From Octopus sinensis (taxonomy: Eukaryota): DNA of 23,015 bases. The stretch covers positions 1 through 23,015 of the forward strand of contig NW_021836692.1 in assembly GCF_006345805.1 (NCBI RefSeq). The letters are read 5' to 3'. Below are positions 21,343 to 23,015 of the stretch, piece by piece (the stretch's first letter is position 1; each line of letters starts with the position of its first letter). Made by a program: the position numbers and the translations under genes. A model generated the notes under the pieces. That model searched no databases. It was not told the origin of the DNA and saw only the letters and a list, made by a program, of their open reading frames with translations.

Positions 21343-21529
21343 CTGTTGTGTCTGGGGAGAGTCATTTTCTTTTAGTGCCTTATAATGTAACACACTCGCC
21401 GGTAAAATTTCCACTTTTTTCTTATTTTTATTTTCCTAAAATTTTCGTTGCGTCTTTTCAATAGTTTTGATTCTGAGTGTATTACATTATAAGGCACAAA
21501 AAGAAAATGACTCTCCCCAGACACAACAG
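21343..21529. repeat. 55-bp inverted repeat (53/55) with 77-nt spacer, inside a 14-bp direct repeat
   Basis: 21343-21397 vs 21475-21529; AATCGTGTAACTGT at 21333-21346 and 21588-21601. Confidence 0.93.
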
Positions 21530-21650
21530 AATATGCTTCAACACACGAACTCATATAAAGAATCTTGCAGACCAAATCCAAAAACGAAATCGTGTAACTG
21601 TAAGGGGATATGATAGCAAGGATCGGTGAATAAAAATCGTACAAGAAATA

Positions 21651-21850
21651 TTCCTTTCTACTATAGGGACAAGGTTCGAAATTTGGTGGAGTGAGTATTC
21701 GAACATATTGACCCCAAAGCTTGACTGGCACTTATTTTATCAACAACAAAAGAATCAAGGGAAACATCGACCTCGGTGAAATTTGAACTCTGATTGCAAA
21801 CGTGGACGAAATGCCGCCGGTGTGCTAACCAATATGCCACTCACCGCCTT
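21651..21850 (-). mobile_element. Old SINE family A copy (tail variant 2)
   Basis: TCGACCTCGGTGAAATTTGAACTC..GACGAAATGCCGC..TGCTAAC..TCACCGCCTT; tail ACAAGGTTCGAAATTTGG. Confidence 0.78.
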
Positions 21851-22569
21851 ATGAACACGAATAATGGTTACTCAACAAATAGTCCACGGGTAAATGCAGA
21901 GACTGGGGTTATAAACTCCGTAAGTGTTTAAATAAAAGACGTTTGCTGCTATTAAAATGTTTGATAATATTCGATTATAATAAAAACTAATTTCTGTCTG
22001 TCTGCGGCCACTCTATCTCAGTCTATATTTGCTCTACATAGACATATTACACCTTTTTGATCCTTGAACGTCCAGTATTGGGATTCTGATTCAAAAGCAT
22101 TTTGGTTGTTATTTCTGGTAGGTAAAGCTTGGCTTATTCAGGCCATCCTGCTTGGATTTTTTCAGATGACGTCAGAGATGAAAGCGGAAATAAATGACAT
22201 ACGCTTCGTTAATTTTACGCCCTGATAAGAACTTTGGGATAATTGGCCAACAGTTGGAGTTGAACTTAGGAGTGGAACGACAGAATGATTATGTAAGAGA
22301 ATTGTCATCATCCATCCTTAACGTCTTATAAATCACCTGCGGGGTATATAATCTTTATAGATATATTATTTTGTTATTTAGCTCCTCTTAGTTTTGTGAC
22401 ACACGCCTGACAATGACTTACAAACAAATTAAAATTTTATTGTGTAAAGTACTTGTGACACAATGCACAAGAATTTTCTAGAACCCAGGCATGATATTAA
22501 GTCACTGGGATATTTTCAGCCGAAAGCTTTATGTAAAGATAGAATGTCAGTATGCGTCCCCAAAGTCCA

Positions 22570-22720
22570 TCCCCTCCTCCCGTGGTGGGGGACGGGAACG
22601 GGTAGTGTCAGAGCTATGCCGTCGGGAACTTCGGTTCCTGGTAGGGCCACCCAAGGCGGATTGGTCTGACACCGAGTGGTATTAGGGCCACAACCCAGCA
22701 GACGGGACTCTGGTGAAAAT
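22570..22720 (+). mobile_element. RTE-clade LINE 5' UTR-like segment
   Basis: GAGCTATGCCGT...TAGGGCCACCCAAGGCGGA resembles the recalled BovB/RTE 5' motif GCCATGCCGTGTAGGGCCACCCAAGACGGA; GC-rich relative to flanks. Confidence 0.6.
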
Positions 22721-23015
22721 CCTCGGAGTGTCTGCTTTAACAACTGGCAGCTCCTCGGTCGTTCTGTCCCTGCGTCTGCGGACAATCTGCGGCAAATAGG
22801 ATGTCTCTACATGCGGGATTGTTGGGGACCGCTTGTGAAATTAATATTCCCACGAAACTTCTTCCACTGCCATTGTTCGAGATGCCTCGAGGGTGGTGGA
22901 AGAAGCCAACTCAACCCGCCCAGGGTGGATGTCGCCACATGTACAAAAAGTAATGTCAGTATCTTTTATAAACACACCAACACCGATGGCATTGCCACTT
23001 TGCCTTTCCACTCGA

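Overview
AT-rich, repeat-saturated non-coding animal DNA (intron or intergenic). The SINE families and dense di-, tri- and tetranucleotide microsatellites suggest an octopus (coleoid cephalopod); this is inference from recalled repeat families, not a database hit. No host exon is supportable, and nearly all listed ORFs are microsatellite or SINE artefacts. Contents: at least 11 tRNA-derived SINE copies or fragments (three with clear TSDs); a 5'-truncated, decayed Penelope-like retroelement (PLE) of Naiad type (YRDD RT, CxCx5CPLx3C, GIY-YIG; ~5820-8455, minus); CR1 and RTE LINE remnants; a mariner transposase fragment inside an RTE; a hAT MITE; several long fold-backs. The most interesting structure is at ~13237-13965: a ~392-nt-period partial tandem repeat with a minimal type-I hammerhead ribozyme motif in each copy and an inverted duplicated segment, i.e. 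a candidate retrozyme / PLE pseudo-LTR unit. Hammerhead 3'-half motifs recur at 2162, 2804 (in the loop of a fold-back) and 5845 (3' end of the PLE). All alignments and folds were done by eye.
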